Of a DNA stretch of 64,000 nucleotides, positions 56,601 to 64,000 are shown one piece after another (position 1 is the first letter of the stretch; the number at the start of each line of letters is the position of its first letter). The notes under the pieces are model-generated. The model saw nothing but the letters and a program-made list of their open reading frames with translations. It had not been told where the DNA came from and did not search any database. Where the stretch lies: NCBI RefSeq assembly GCF_018350175.1, contig NC_058369.1, forward strand, positions 4,466,001 through 4,530,000, in the 5' to 3' direction. This DNA comes from Felis catus. Its lineage: Eukaryota. The translations under genes were made by a program, and so were the position numbers.

Positions 56601-59064
56601 GTGGGGCAGGAGGCAGCCGGCATCCTTGGACGAAAGAGCAAGTGGGGAACACAGCCGGGGCGGGAGGAGGAGCTCCTGGAGAATGTGAGTGGCTGGGAGG
56701 AAAAGTGACGCAGTTCTCTTAAGGTCTGCCCAAGTTAGGGATGCCACCTAAGGACTTAGGTTTTTGGGGGTTGCCAAGTGGTAGAAAAATCAGGAGACAG
56801 AGACACGCGGCACAGCCAGAAGCATGTCGCTGTCTTCCAAGCAAGACACATTGGAGGGCTTGGATCAGGGTACAGAGGACCAAGAAACTGGCGATGGATT
56901 AATACGGCGCTGTCCAAGTGTCCTGTGCACAGGACTCGGACATTTGCTGGGAATTTCAAGGAGGCGACGGAACAGGAGCAGAGTGACGCTGGGTCTGTGG
57001 GCTAGAGAAGGGCATGGTGGGAGTCCCGGCCCTGGGCAGAGGTCCTCCTCTGCTTCTGGGGTTTTCTAAGAGGGTGGTCATCTGTGCCAGCATCCGTCCC
57101 CTCTGATCCTCGAGGGAGCGGGGCTTTTGTACTGTCTCTGTTGAAACCTCACCGAGCCATGCTTTGTTCCAGAAATCCTCATCACAGCCGGCGGTGAGAA
57201 CGTGGCCCCTATTCCCATTGAGAACATGGTTAAAGAGAAGATTCCCATAATCAGTCATGCCATGTTAGTGGGAGAGAAGGCAAACTTTCTAAGCATCCTG
57301 CTGACACTGAAGGTAACGTGGGTTTGCTGTCCTGGGGGGGGGCTCTGCCCCAGGGTCCGGAGGGTGCGCCCCTGTGGGTCCAAGACCCGCTTCCTGGTCC
57401 GCAGGGGTGGCCAGGAAGCGTGTGCGGTCACTGGGTGTGGTGACGAGGGTCTCCTGGGGCAGTGTAAGATGGACGGGATAACTGGAGAGCCACTGGACGA
57501 GCTAAGCTCGGAGGCCATCAACTTCTGCCGGAAACTGGGAAGCCACGTGTCCACCGTCTCTGAGATTTTGGAGCTGCAGGACCCCCTGGTCTACAAGGCC
57601 ATCCAGGAGGGCATAGATGCCGTGAATGAGGAAGCCATCTCCAATGCGCAGAGGATCCAGAAGTGGGCCATCCTGGAAAAAGACTTTTCTGTCCCCAGTG
57701 GAGAGCTGGGTGAGCAGTCTGGAGAGCAGGTGGTCTTTGGCATTTGGAGGCTGGTCCCTGGCTAGTGTCCAGGACTACACGGGCTCTAAGGAGATGTGTC
57801 CTTTTCTGGGGGTCAGGGGGTCCACCTCCAGCTCACTGGTGTCCCAGATCCTCCCCCCCCCACACACACACACAAGGTCCCTTCTACCCAGGGCAGCATG
57901 TCTCTCACTCTAGGAATAAAAGCCAAACTCATTATGACACTGCATGACCCTTCTCCTATTGACCTCTCCCTTTTCACTTACCCTACCCCAACTGCGCAGG
58001 CCTCCCTGCTGTTCCCACAACTCCCCAGGCAAATTTTGCCTCAGGGCCTTTGCACCTGCTGTGCCCACTGCCTAGAATGCCCTTCCCCCTCAATTCTTTG
58101 GCTCCTTCTCATTGTCCAGGTCTCACCTACAGGTCTCACCTTACCGCACACTTCCTCAGAGAGGCCTCCTCTGGCCATCCTAGCTAACGAGACTCACTGA
58201 CACCCTTCATAGGGCACGCCTCCTACACTGCCGCCATTTTGTCCCTGGAACACATCATCATCTGTAGTTACCCCATGTATTGGCTGATTTTGGTCTGTCT
58301 GCCCCCTGCACCCCGCCCCCTCCAGGATGGGCGGAGGTCTTGCCTCCTACCAATGTCTTTTCTGGGGCTTGCTCTCAGCACTCAGCTGTAGTCTGATGGC
58401 ATGGACAGCAAAGAGTTAGAGTGACGGCAAACACACAGCCTCCAACAACTTGGGTTCAAATCCTGTCCCTCAAGGGGGCACTTGTCCCTCCAAGTCTTGG
58501 TCCTTTCAACTACGAGTTGAAAATGCAGCCCTCATGGGGCTGCTCAGGACACGGCTGGGGAAGCCTGAACCCCACAGTGACCCAGAGCCTACGAGCAGCC
58601 TGGGCCGTGGATCAGACCACTCCCGAATTCATGCCTTGCCCCTGCCGGGCACATGCTGGGCCACCTCAGAGCTACTGGCCCTGAGACGGTTTCCTCACCT
58701 GGAAGATGAGGGGGCAGTGCACCCCCTTTGCTGGGTTCGCAGTCCACATTAGGCACAGAGCTCAGCGTGCTGTGCACCTGCCAGCCCATAGAGTCCTCAC
58801 TGCAGCCCAAGGCGAGGGAGAGTTCATCACTCCCCGCACTGAAGGTGGAGGGAACACACCCAGGAAGTCAATGGGAGAGCCAGCCCCCAACACGGGAACC
58901 CTGCTGTCCACCCCCCCACCCCCCCGGCCCCAGGACATGTGGCCTTTTATTTCATCCCCACATTGGAACTGGTTTCTCCTTTCTCGATAGGTCCGACGAC
59001 AAAGGTTAGGAGACATTTTGTGGCCCAGAAATACAAAAGGCTAATTGAAAGCTTCTACTACTGA
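32091..59064 (+). CDS. ACSBG2: Long-chain-fatty-acid--CoA ligase ACSBG2 (bubblegum family), spliced CDS of 13 coding exons, 2001 nt = 666 aa + stop
   Basis: join(32091-32145,36155-36384,39893-39981,40818-40938,43141-43224,45471-45620,49277-49453,52017-52198,52358-52591,54701-54918,57173-57312,57463-57709,58991-59064). All introns are GT-AG, phases are consistent and there is no internal stop. Motifs include YTSGTxGxPKG, YGMSESSGPH, GWLHTGDLG and TGRIKEILITAGGEN. The protein is colinear with human ACSBG2 as I recall it. The start codon is less certain (see findings). Confidence 0.95.
32520..33470. repeat. AT-rich (TA)n / degenerate minisatellite region in an ACSBG2 intron
   Basis: Almost pure A/T with recurring atagt(a/g)cagat and tattatttatataaataaaa units. 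Confidence 0.85.
32800..33019 (-). mobile_element. CAN-SINE inside an AT-rich low-complexity tract
   Basis: Reverse-complement SINE body. Confidence 0.88.
33660..35135. mobile_element. Cluster of MaLR (MLT1-type) LTR fragments, partly nested
   Basis: tctagaggcctgaagtctgagatcaagg (33742), tgttacggtctgaatatttgtgtccc (34353), ccagaaccatgagaaataaatg and tccagaactgagacaacagatgtctgttg. Confidence 0.7.
35574..35810 (+). mobile_element. CAN-SINE
   Basis: SINE head, expanded (CT)n and TSD-like aagacagag. Confidence 0.88.
36155..36384 (+). CDS. ACSBG2: ACSBG2 coding exon (VTPGLWTIHQDGEVLLRL...KAARALMK)
   Basis: tttgcag| acceptor, AAG|gtaaat donor, 230 nt; lies in ORF 36115..36477. Confidence 0.95.
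36685..38025. mobile_element. Two MLT1-type LTRs (~36685-37095 and ~37425-38025) within an old L1
   Basis: tgctgcgtaacaaattacccc and cagattcctgacccatggaaactgagataataaatgtgtgttgttttaagctgctaagtttgtgg. Confidence 0.65.
38529..38740 (+). mobile_element. CAN-SINE
   Basis: SINE body and A-rich tail. Confidence 0.88.
38990..39665 (+). mobile_element. Old L1M 3' end
   Basis: attgctggtggaaatgtataatggtgcagcc...aagtgtccactggtgggtgaatggata... followed by an A-rich tail. Confidence 0.72.
39893..39981 (+). CDS. ACSBG2: ACSBG2 coding exon (LGLQRFHGVGILGFNSVEWFIASLGAILAG)
   Basis: Long pyrimidine tract plus cccag|, GG|gtaaga donor, 89 nt. Confidence 0.95.
40181..40390 (-). mobile_element. CAN-SINE
   Basis: Reverse-complement SINE body. 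Confidence 0.88.
40755..40802. repeat. (CA)n microsatellite abutting an ACSBG2 splice acceptor
   Basis: Seen directly; ends about 15 nt before the exon start at 40818. Confidence 0.95.
40818..40938 (+). CDS. ACSBG2: ACSBG2 coding exon (GLCVGIYSTNSADACQYVITHAKVNILLVENDLQLQKILS)
   Basis: ttttcttttcccag| acceptor, TCG|gtaaaa donor, 121 nt. Confidence 0.95.
41958..42188 (-). mobile_element. CAN-SINE with expanded (GA)n
   Basis: Reverse-complement SINE with (GA)n at ~41990-42041. Confidence 0.88.
43141..43224 (+). CDS. ACSBG2: ACSBG2 coding exon (IPRGRMETLKAIIQYKLPMKESRDNLYS)
   Basis: tttctttcag| acceptor, TCT|gtaagt donor, 84 nt. Confidence 0.93.
43447..44057. mobile_element. Inverted pair of CAN-SINEs (plus 43447-43660; minus ~43840-44057)
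   Basis: TSDs tttaaatatttacttta and atcatggattt respectively. Confidence 0.88.
44697..44905. mobile_element. MER20-like hAT element
   Basis: cagtggggtttctcaacctc...tggacatctggggcggatcattct...cctggcctccacctgctagatg. Confidence 0.65.
45471..45620 (+). CDS. ACSBG2: ACSBG2 coding exon with AMP-binding P-loop (WNDFMELG...IIYTSGTLGNPKGVMLSHDN)
   Basis: ctttccacag| acceptor, AAC|gtaagt donor, 150 nt. Confidence 0.95.
46374..46600 (+). mobile_element. Young CAN-SINE (SINEC_Fc-like)
   Basis: TSD aaaaactaaacaa(t/c)gtca at 46356-46373 and 46601-46618. Confidence 0.92.
47654..47867 (-). mobile_element. CAN-SINE
   Basis: Reverse-complement SINE with degenerate TSD acatcaccatcttt / acatcatcgtcttt. Confidence 0.88.
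49277..49453 (+). CDS. ACSBG2: ACSBG2 coding exon (ITWTAG...VSYLPLSHIAAQMMDIW...FAQPDALK)
   Basis: ttccag| acceptor, AAG|gtaagg donor, 177 nt; SYLPLSHIAAQ family motif. Confidence 0.95.
49679..49896 (+). mobile_element. CAN-SINE
   Basis: SINE head, body and tail. Confidence 0.88.
50624..51010. mobile_element. Two CAN-SINEs (minus 50624-50823; plus, internally deleted, 50850-51010) within an old L1
   Basis: TSDs tcttttgctcatt and aaatttggttg. Confidence 0.85.
52017..52198 (+). CDS. ACSBG2: ACSBG2 coding exon (GTLIDTLQEVKPTAFLGVPRIWEK...KGMLG)
   Basis: ctcttgcag| acceptor, GG|gtaggt donor, 182 nt. Confidence 0.95.
52358..52591 (+). CDS. ACSBG2: ACSBG2 coding exon (THDTPISYR...SGAAPL...YGMSESSGPH...YRIQ)
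   Basis: cacag| acceptor (an alternative ttag| lies 6 nt upstream), AAG|gtaccg donor, 234 nt. Confidence 0.93.
54701..54918 (+). CDS. ACSBG2: ACSBG2 coding exon (SCGKVMDGCK...GEICIWGRHVFMGY...GWLHTGDLG...ITGRIK)
   Basis: cccccagcag| NAGNAG acceptor, AAG|gtactg donor, 218 nt; acyl-CoA synthetase motif II. Confidence 0.95.
55402..55895 (+). mobile_element. CAN-SINE with ~300-nt expanded (TAAAA)n tail, inserted in a MER58-like element (~55180-55975)
   Basis: SINE head at 55402 and an almost pure A/T tail at 55585-55895; MER58-like flanks end in agtttgccaacctctg. Confidence 0.85.
57173..57312 (+). CDS. ACSBG2: ACSBG2 coding exon (EILITAGGENVAPIPIE...LLTLK)
   Basis: tttgttccag| acceptor, AAG|gtaacg donor, 140 nt. 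Confidence 0.95.
57463..57709 (+). CDS. ACSBG2: ACSBG2 coding exon (CKMDGITGEPLD...IQKWAILEKDFSVPSGEL)
   Basis: ctcctggggcag| (weak) acceptor, CTGG|gtgagc donor, 247 nt. Confidence 0.93.
58991..59064 (+). CDS. ACSBG2: ACSBG2 last coding exon (GPTTKVRRHFVAQKYKRLIESFYY*); exon probably extends to donor at 59099
   Basis: tttctcctttctcgatag| acceptor, TGA at 59062-59064, candidate donor ACG|gtgaga at 59099/59100. Confidence 0.92.
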
Positions 59065-59163
59065 CCTCTCTGGCGGAGCAGCTCTCGGCTGTCCCAACGG
59101 TGAGACTGGCTTGGCTGGGCTGGGCTGGGCTGGGCCAACGGAGGTGGTCTCCCCTGTGTGGCA

Positions 59164-59209
59164 GGCGGGGCTGTGGGCGGGGCTGTGGGCGGGGCTGTGG
59201 GCGGGGCTG
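59164..59209. repeat. (GGCGGGGCTGTG)x~4 tandem repeat, preceded by (GGCTG)n at ~59113-59134
   Basis: Seen directly. Confidence 0.9.
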
Positions 59210-60446
59210 CAGAGGCCACACGCACACACACGCACGGCTCTGGCCTCAACTCATGCTTTCTCTACCAGGGTCATGGCGAGCCGTGCACACTCCTTCTTGG
59301 CTGGCTGCCAAGGCTGTTAGCTGTTCCTCCTGCCTTTTCTACTCGTCTCAGAGAAGGAGAGGAGCAATCTTCCCATCCAGGACCAGGTTTTGCTGTTAAA
59401 ATGCTCAAATCTTTCGTAGCTCATGTGGAGGAGGCCTTTTGTTAGGAACGTTCGTGGGGGGAGAGTGCTACTTGCCAGGAGTCCAAGGAATGATGCATGC
59501 TGGCCCATCGCAGATGGTAAGGGATGGGGTCTTGAAAAACTCCCACCTACCAACCCCTGTCCTCTCCCCAAGTCTCATCCACAGGAGCTCCCATAACACC
59601 AAGGGTCCCTGATAGGTTTGTGGGAACCCAGCTAGATACAAGGGCGTTGGCACAACAAATTCTCAGTTGTCCTAAAAGCCACTGGTAAACTTTTCATGTG
59701 CAAATCATCGCCTGCTGATGCCCCCAGCCAGCTCACCTGTAGCAGCCTGCCGGGGCTTCTGCAACCAAGAACCCTGCAGGGTACCGGCTGGGTTGGCTTG
59801 TTCTGAGGCTCATCTCGTCTCTGTGTCCACATTTCCCTTTTTCACAAGGACACTGGTCATCCTGGATCGGGGCCCACCCTAATGACCTCATTTTAGCTCG
59901 ATCACCTCTGTAAAGACTCTATCCTCAAATATAGTCACATTCTGAGGTCCTGGGGGTTAGGGCTTCCACAGATGAATCAGGACGGGGCGGGGGATGGGGG
60001 GAGGCAGGCATAATTCGGCCCATCACACCTTTTCTTCATTGTTGACTGGCCTCACTCTTCCACACCTTCATCTGCCAAAGTCTCGTGGGGGAGCCCAGCA
60101 GTTAAACAAATCATGTGTATCATTCCACATCTTTTGCAAGACTTCCAATTGCACTTTGCAGTTGGGCAAAAGACCACCTGACACTGACATGGGGGTGGGA
60201 GATGGACCCTTTACACCTGTGCTGACCAAGATGGCAGCCATTCAAACTGAGATGTGCCGCAAGTCCAAACATAGACTGGATTTGACAGCTGGGTATGAAA
60301 AAGAGAATACAAAATACCTCATTAATATTTTAAAATATTGACTACATGTTGAAACGATACTATTTTAGACATACTGGGTGACAAAAATATATTACTTCAG
60401 TTAATTTCACCTATTACATTTTTACATATGGCTACCAGAAAAAAAA

Positions 60447-60659
60447 TTTTTTTTTAATTTTTTAATGTTTATTTTTAAGACACAGAGCATGAGTGGGGGA
60501 GGGGCAGAGAGAGAGAGAGAGACACACAGAATCCAAAGCAGGCTCCAGGCTCTGAGCTTGTCAGCACTAGAGCCCGACGTGGGGCTCGAACTCACAAAGC
60601 ATGAGATCATGACCTGAGCTGAAGTCGGATGCTTAACCGACTGAGCCACCAGGGTGCTC
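60447..60659 (-). mobile_element. CAN-SINE inserted in a MER33/MER3-like hAT element (~60215-60715)
   Basis: Reverse-complement SINE; flanks attgactacatgttgaaacgata and atatttctcatggacagcactg are MER33-like. Confidence 0.8.
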
Positions 60660-61091
60660 TGAAGATTTTTAATTACATAGGTGGCTTACATGATATTTCT
60701 CATGGACAGCACTGCTCTAAAGTTCACTGGAGAGGGATTCAATTGTTTTTCTAACTTATAAACTAATACATTCATTCAGGAATATTTTCATCCTATGGTA
60801 ACTGTGGGATCTCAGAGAATGAGCACACAGATTTCAAGTCTCTCCAGGTAATAACTTATCCTTCCTCTCCCTCCAGCTTCCAACAGGAAGATCCCTCTGG
60901 GTAGGGGCTTTTTCTCCTGTTTTTAAGAAGCCCATATTCCCCATGGGTCAGTCTGTTGAAGAGGTGCCTCCTCAGGGACCTGCCATGCCTTTTGAAGGAA
61001 TATATTGGATCATCATAGATCTCTGAATTCCTGTGAACCTTCAAGGCATGATCCCAGGGAAACTTATGGGGAAGCCTATAAAGAACCTCTT

Positions 61092-61293
61092 GGGGCAGTT
61101 GGTTGAGTGTTCGATGTCAGCCCAGGTTGTGATCCTGTGCTTCATGGGTTTGAGCCCCACGTCAGGCTCTGTGCTGACAGCTCGGAGCCTGGAGCCTGCT
61201 TCGGATCCTGTGTCTCCCTCTCTCTCTTCCCCTCCCCCACTCTGTCTCTCTGTCTCCCCAAAATAAATAAACATTTAAAAAAATAAAAAACAA
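61092..61293 (+). mobile_element. CAN-SINE (5' partly deleted) in the putative ACSBG2 3' UTR
   Basis: TSD aaagaac(c/t)tct at 61080-61090 and 61294-61304; tail carries several AATAAA. Confidence 0.88.
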
Positions 61294-61382
61294 AAAGAAC
61301 TTCTCATCTTGTGGGTTCCAATTCGAGATTCGAGTTTTTTCTCCCCAGAGGGCTGAGGCATCAGAAAGAAAAACCTTCACAA

Positions 61383-61471
61383 GTCTATGGCCATACCACC
61401 CTGAACACGCTTGATTGCATCTGATCTCAGAAGCTGCGCAGGGTCAGGCCTGGTTAGTACTCGGATGGGAG
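61383..61471 (+). pseudogene. 5S rRNA retropseudogene, 3'-truncated (positions 1-89), no poly(A) tail
   Basis: gtctatggccataccaccctgaacacgc...ggttagtactcggatgggag aligns without gaps to mammalian 5S rRNA with 12 differences in 89 nt by my count, about half of them CpG transitions. Degenerate direct repeats flank it. Confidence 0.93.
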
Positions 61472-61559
61472 GAAAGCCTTCGCACGTCTGAGGAAGTGGG
61501 TCCCCAAGCCAACTCATCTTCCTAGAAGCAACCTGGAAACTCTTCCAATAAGTTCTGAT

Positions 61560-61565
61560 AATAAA
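61560..61565 (+). terminator. Candidate polyadenylation signal (AATAAA) of ACSBG2
   Basis: ctgatAATAAAgcac lies in unique sequence with downstream ttttgtcctttgtt. Confidence 0.55.
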
Positions 61566-61978
61566 GCACTTCAGCAACCCACGTCCCGATTTGGGGCCAG
61601 ATTCAAACATTTTGTCCTTTGTTGAGAAGTTCAGACTCTGAAATCAGTTCTGAGTTCAAATTCTGACTAGCTATGTGAGTTCAACCTTCTGAGTCTGGAG
61701 GGGGTGGGGCTCTGTAATCCTCCCCCCACCCCCCCCCCCCGCCACTCACAGGGTGGCTGTGGAAGACTCACACCATCACAGGTGAAGGTACACAGAGAAC
61801 GCAAACGGAGTGCAGCATCTGATACCCGAAAGCCCTCGAATACAGGTAGACTGTTACCATCGAAGCACCCACAAGTCTCGGTTAACAGCTGATTCTTGAT
61901 GAATGCCATCTCTGGGGATGAGTCTCGCTGTTATCCTAAGGTCCAAAATAACAGAAACTTAAAGAAGAGAGAAGTTCA

Positions 61979-62600
61979 GGGGCACCTGGGAGGCTCAGTC
62001 AGTTAAGCCTCTGACTCGGTTTCAGCTCTGGTCATGAGCTCACGGTTCATGAGTTCGAGCCCCGCATCGGGCTCTGCGCTGATGGCGTGGGGTCTGCTTG
62101 GTATCCTCTTTCTCCCTCTCTCTCTGCCCCTCTCACGTACACACTTTCTCTCAAAATCCATAAATAAAAACTTTAAAAAAAAAAGTTCATTCTTCTCTCA
62201 TCCACAAGTCCATATACAGGCAGATCAAAGCTGACACAATAAATCCACAGTGTTGGTCCCTGAAAGACCAGTGGGGGAGGCACCTCCCAGGCCAAAGGAG
62301 GACAGCCTATTAGCACAGGAGGAAGAAAATTTCCAGTCTTTTAAGGTTCTAGATACCCACACGTGTCCCAGGGCCCCTTTTCTTTTCAAAATATAAAAGT
62401 AAAGGGGCGGCTGGGTGGCTCAGTTGGTTAAGCGTCTAACTTGGGCTCGGTCATAATCTCGTGGTTCGTGAGTTCGAGCCCCATGTCGGGCTCTGTGCTG
62501 ACAACTCGGAGCCTGGAACCTGCTTTGGATTCTGCGTCTCCCTCTCTCTCTGCCCCTTCCCCGCTCATGCTCTGTCTCTCAAAAATGAATAAACATTAAA
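61979..62600 (+). mobile_element. Two CAN-SINEs (61979-62184; 62404-62600)
   Basis: SINE heads and tails; TSD aaagttca around the first. Confidence 0.87.
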
Positions 62601-62761
62601 TATATATATCTATATATCTATATATATAAGTATAAATAGATCAGAAATGTATGAAGACATTCTCCTTGCAATAATAATGATAATAATGCATATAAAGGTA
62701 AAGTCATTTTTGGTGGGCTTCCTTACCCATCTGGTAGGTCTGTTTTTTTAATATGTAAGTG

Positions 62762-63402
62762 TAGTCAATCTTCCTCTTTTGAAGACTCTGTATTTGCAAG
62801 TTTGGCACTCACTAAAACTTACCTGTAACCCCCAAGTCAATGCTCCCTGTACTTTTGTGGTCATCTGTGGACATGCGCAGAGCAGTGCAAAGTCTGAAGT
62901 GCCCAACATTCACATTCTCAGCTGAGGTCAAACACAGCACTGCCTTGGCTTCTCGCTTGAGCTCACAATGTAAATGCACGTCCTTCTGGGGGTCTGTTTA
63001 GCACCGTGTTTTTGCATGTTTGTTGGGTGATTTCACTGTTGAAAGTGGCCCCCAAGTCTAGTGCTGGAACTCTGTCTAGTGTTCCTGAGTGCAAGAAGGC
63101 TATGATGAGCCCAGGGAGAGAAAATACAGGTGTCGGATAAACTTCATTCACACATGAATTCTAGCGCTGTTGGCCATGAGTTCAATGCAAATGGATCAAT
63201 AATGTGTATTAACTAAGGTGTCCCTGAACAGAAAACACAAATAAACAAGGTCAGGTAGCGATCAGTTCATAAAAATGTTGTGACAGAGGCTGCCAGGAAC
63301 CTGACTCTGTATTTCTCCTAAGAGCAATGGTTCGATATTTGCTAATCCAGTATTCACAGCACCTGTATAAACATAACTACCACAAATAACAAGAATCGAC
63401 TA
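62762..63402 (-). mobile_element. MER82-like Tigger (TcMar) DNA transposon relic, near full length
   Basis: Degenerate terminal inverted repeats tagtcaatctt and agaatcgacta; the interior matches the MER82 consensus as I recall it. Confidence 0.75.
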
Positions 63403-64000
63403 CATATAAATATATATGTCACTATAGAAAAAAGATATGTGTGTGTTATAGAGATGGGAGAATTCATACTTACACATAAAAATACGTAAGAGAGACATTT
63501 TCTCTTCTGGGCAGGGGACAGTTAGCACGGTGGTTGAGAATGTGAGGAGGGGGCAGGGGGCAGGCTTAGAGGCCAAGGGTGTGGAACCGAGGGGAACACA
63601 GACATGGCAGGCTGAGGAGAGGAACAGTGTGGTCAGGAGGCTGGATACACTGAACAAATAAGTAAATAGATTTTTAAAAAGTGGAAGCCAAGTTTCTCGT
63701 TGCCAGAGAAGAAACTAAGGAAAAGGCTAGAATGAGGAGGTATTATATTTGAATTGGAGGTTATGTACAAACTCATAGTTTTATAATACATACACACGGA
63801 TACAGAACTGTAGACGTGTGTTATATATATCTACTAGGTCTTTAAGTACACACGTAGTTTTGTGTACATACATGCACATACATACATACAGACGTGTTTT
63901 CTATCTCTGTCTGCTCCAAGGGCCCAGCAGCAGTTAGCACACTGAATGCCCAGATATTGGCTTCTAAATCCCATCTACTGCTAAAAGGAACCAGGGATGT

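Larger units (their letters stand above)
60877..61590 (+). other. ACSBG2: Probable non-coding terminal (3' UTR) exon of ACSBG2
   Basis: Strong acceptor cttcctctccctccag|60877, unique sequence resembling my recollection of the human 3' UTR, and AATAAA at 61560-61565 followed by T/GT-rich sequence at ~61609-61624. The 3' end is approximate. Confidence 0.6.

Noticed and set aside
61383..61471. Functional 5S rRNA gene
   Set aside because: It lacks the last ~30 nt and the oligo-T terminator, shows CpG decay, and is a solitary copy with flanking direct repeats.
9970..62234. Recurrent ORFs such as MGQRETEHERGRGRERGRHRIG... and ...AQVMISRSVSSSPASGS...
   Set aside because: These are translations of CAN-SINE copies, not a gene family.

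Overview
Mammalian genomic DNA, almost certainly a cat-family species, judged from about 35 feliform-type CAN-SINEs. No prokaryotic-type systems are present. Two genes lie head-to-head. (1) On the minus strand is the 5' end of what I recognise as RFX2: a CpG-island promoter, a non-coding exon 1 at ~13082-13250, and intron 1 running off the left edge. (2) On the plus strand is a complete ACSBG2 (bubblegum-family acyl-CoA synthetase 2): 13 coding exons at 32091-59064 that I spliced by hand with GT-AG boundaries into an intact 666-aa ORF, plus a probable non-coding terminal exon at ~60877-61590. The rest is mostly SINE, L1, L2, MIR, MaLR LTR and MER DNA-transposon relics and microsatellites. The most notable observations are: a candidate alternative coding first exon of RFX2 with its own promoter elements (11322-11450); a tailless 5S rRNA retropseudogene and a SINE within the ACSBG2 3' UTR; a remodelled ACSBG2 start region with an overlapping uORF; a Thr-to-Leu change in the AMP-binding P-loop; a stop-free in-frame 150-nt intron; tandem RFX X-boxes in RFX2's own promoter; and a templated-insertion repair scar. 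I see no evidence for a wholly new biological system. Gene and repeat names rest on recognition from memory, not on database searches, and repeat boundaries are approximate.
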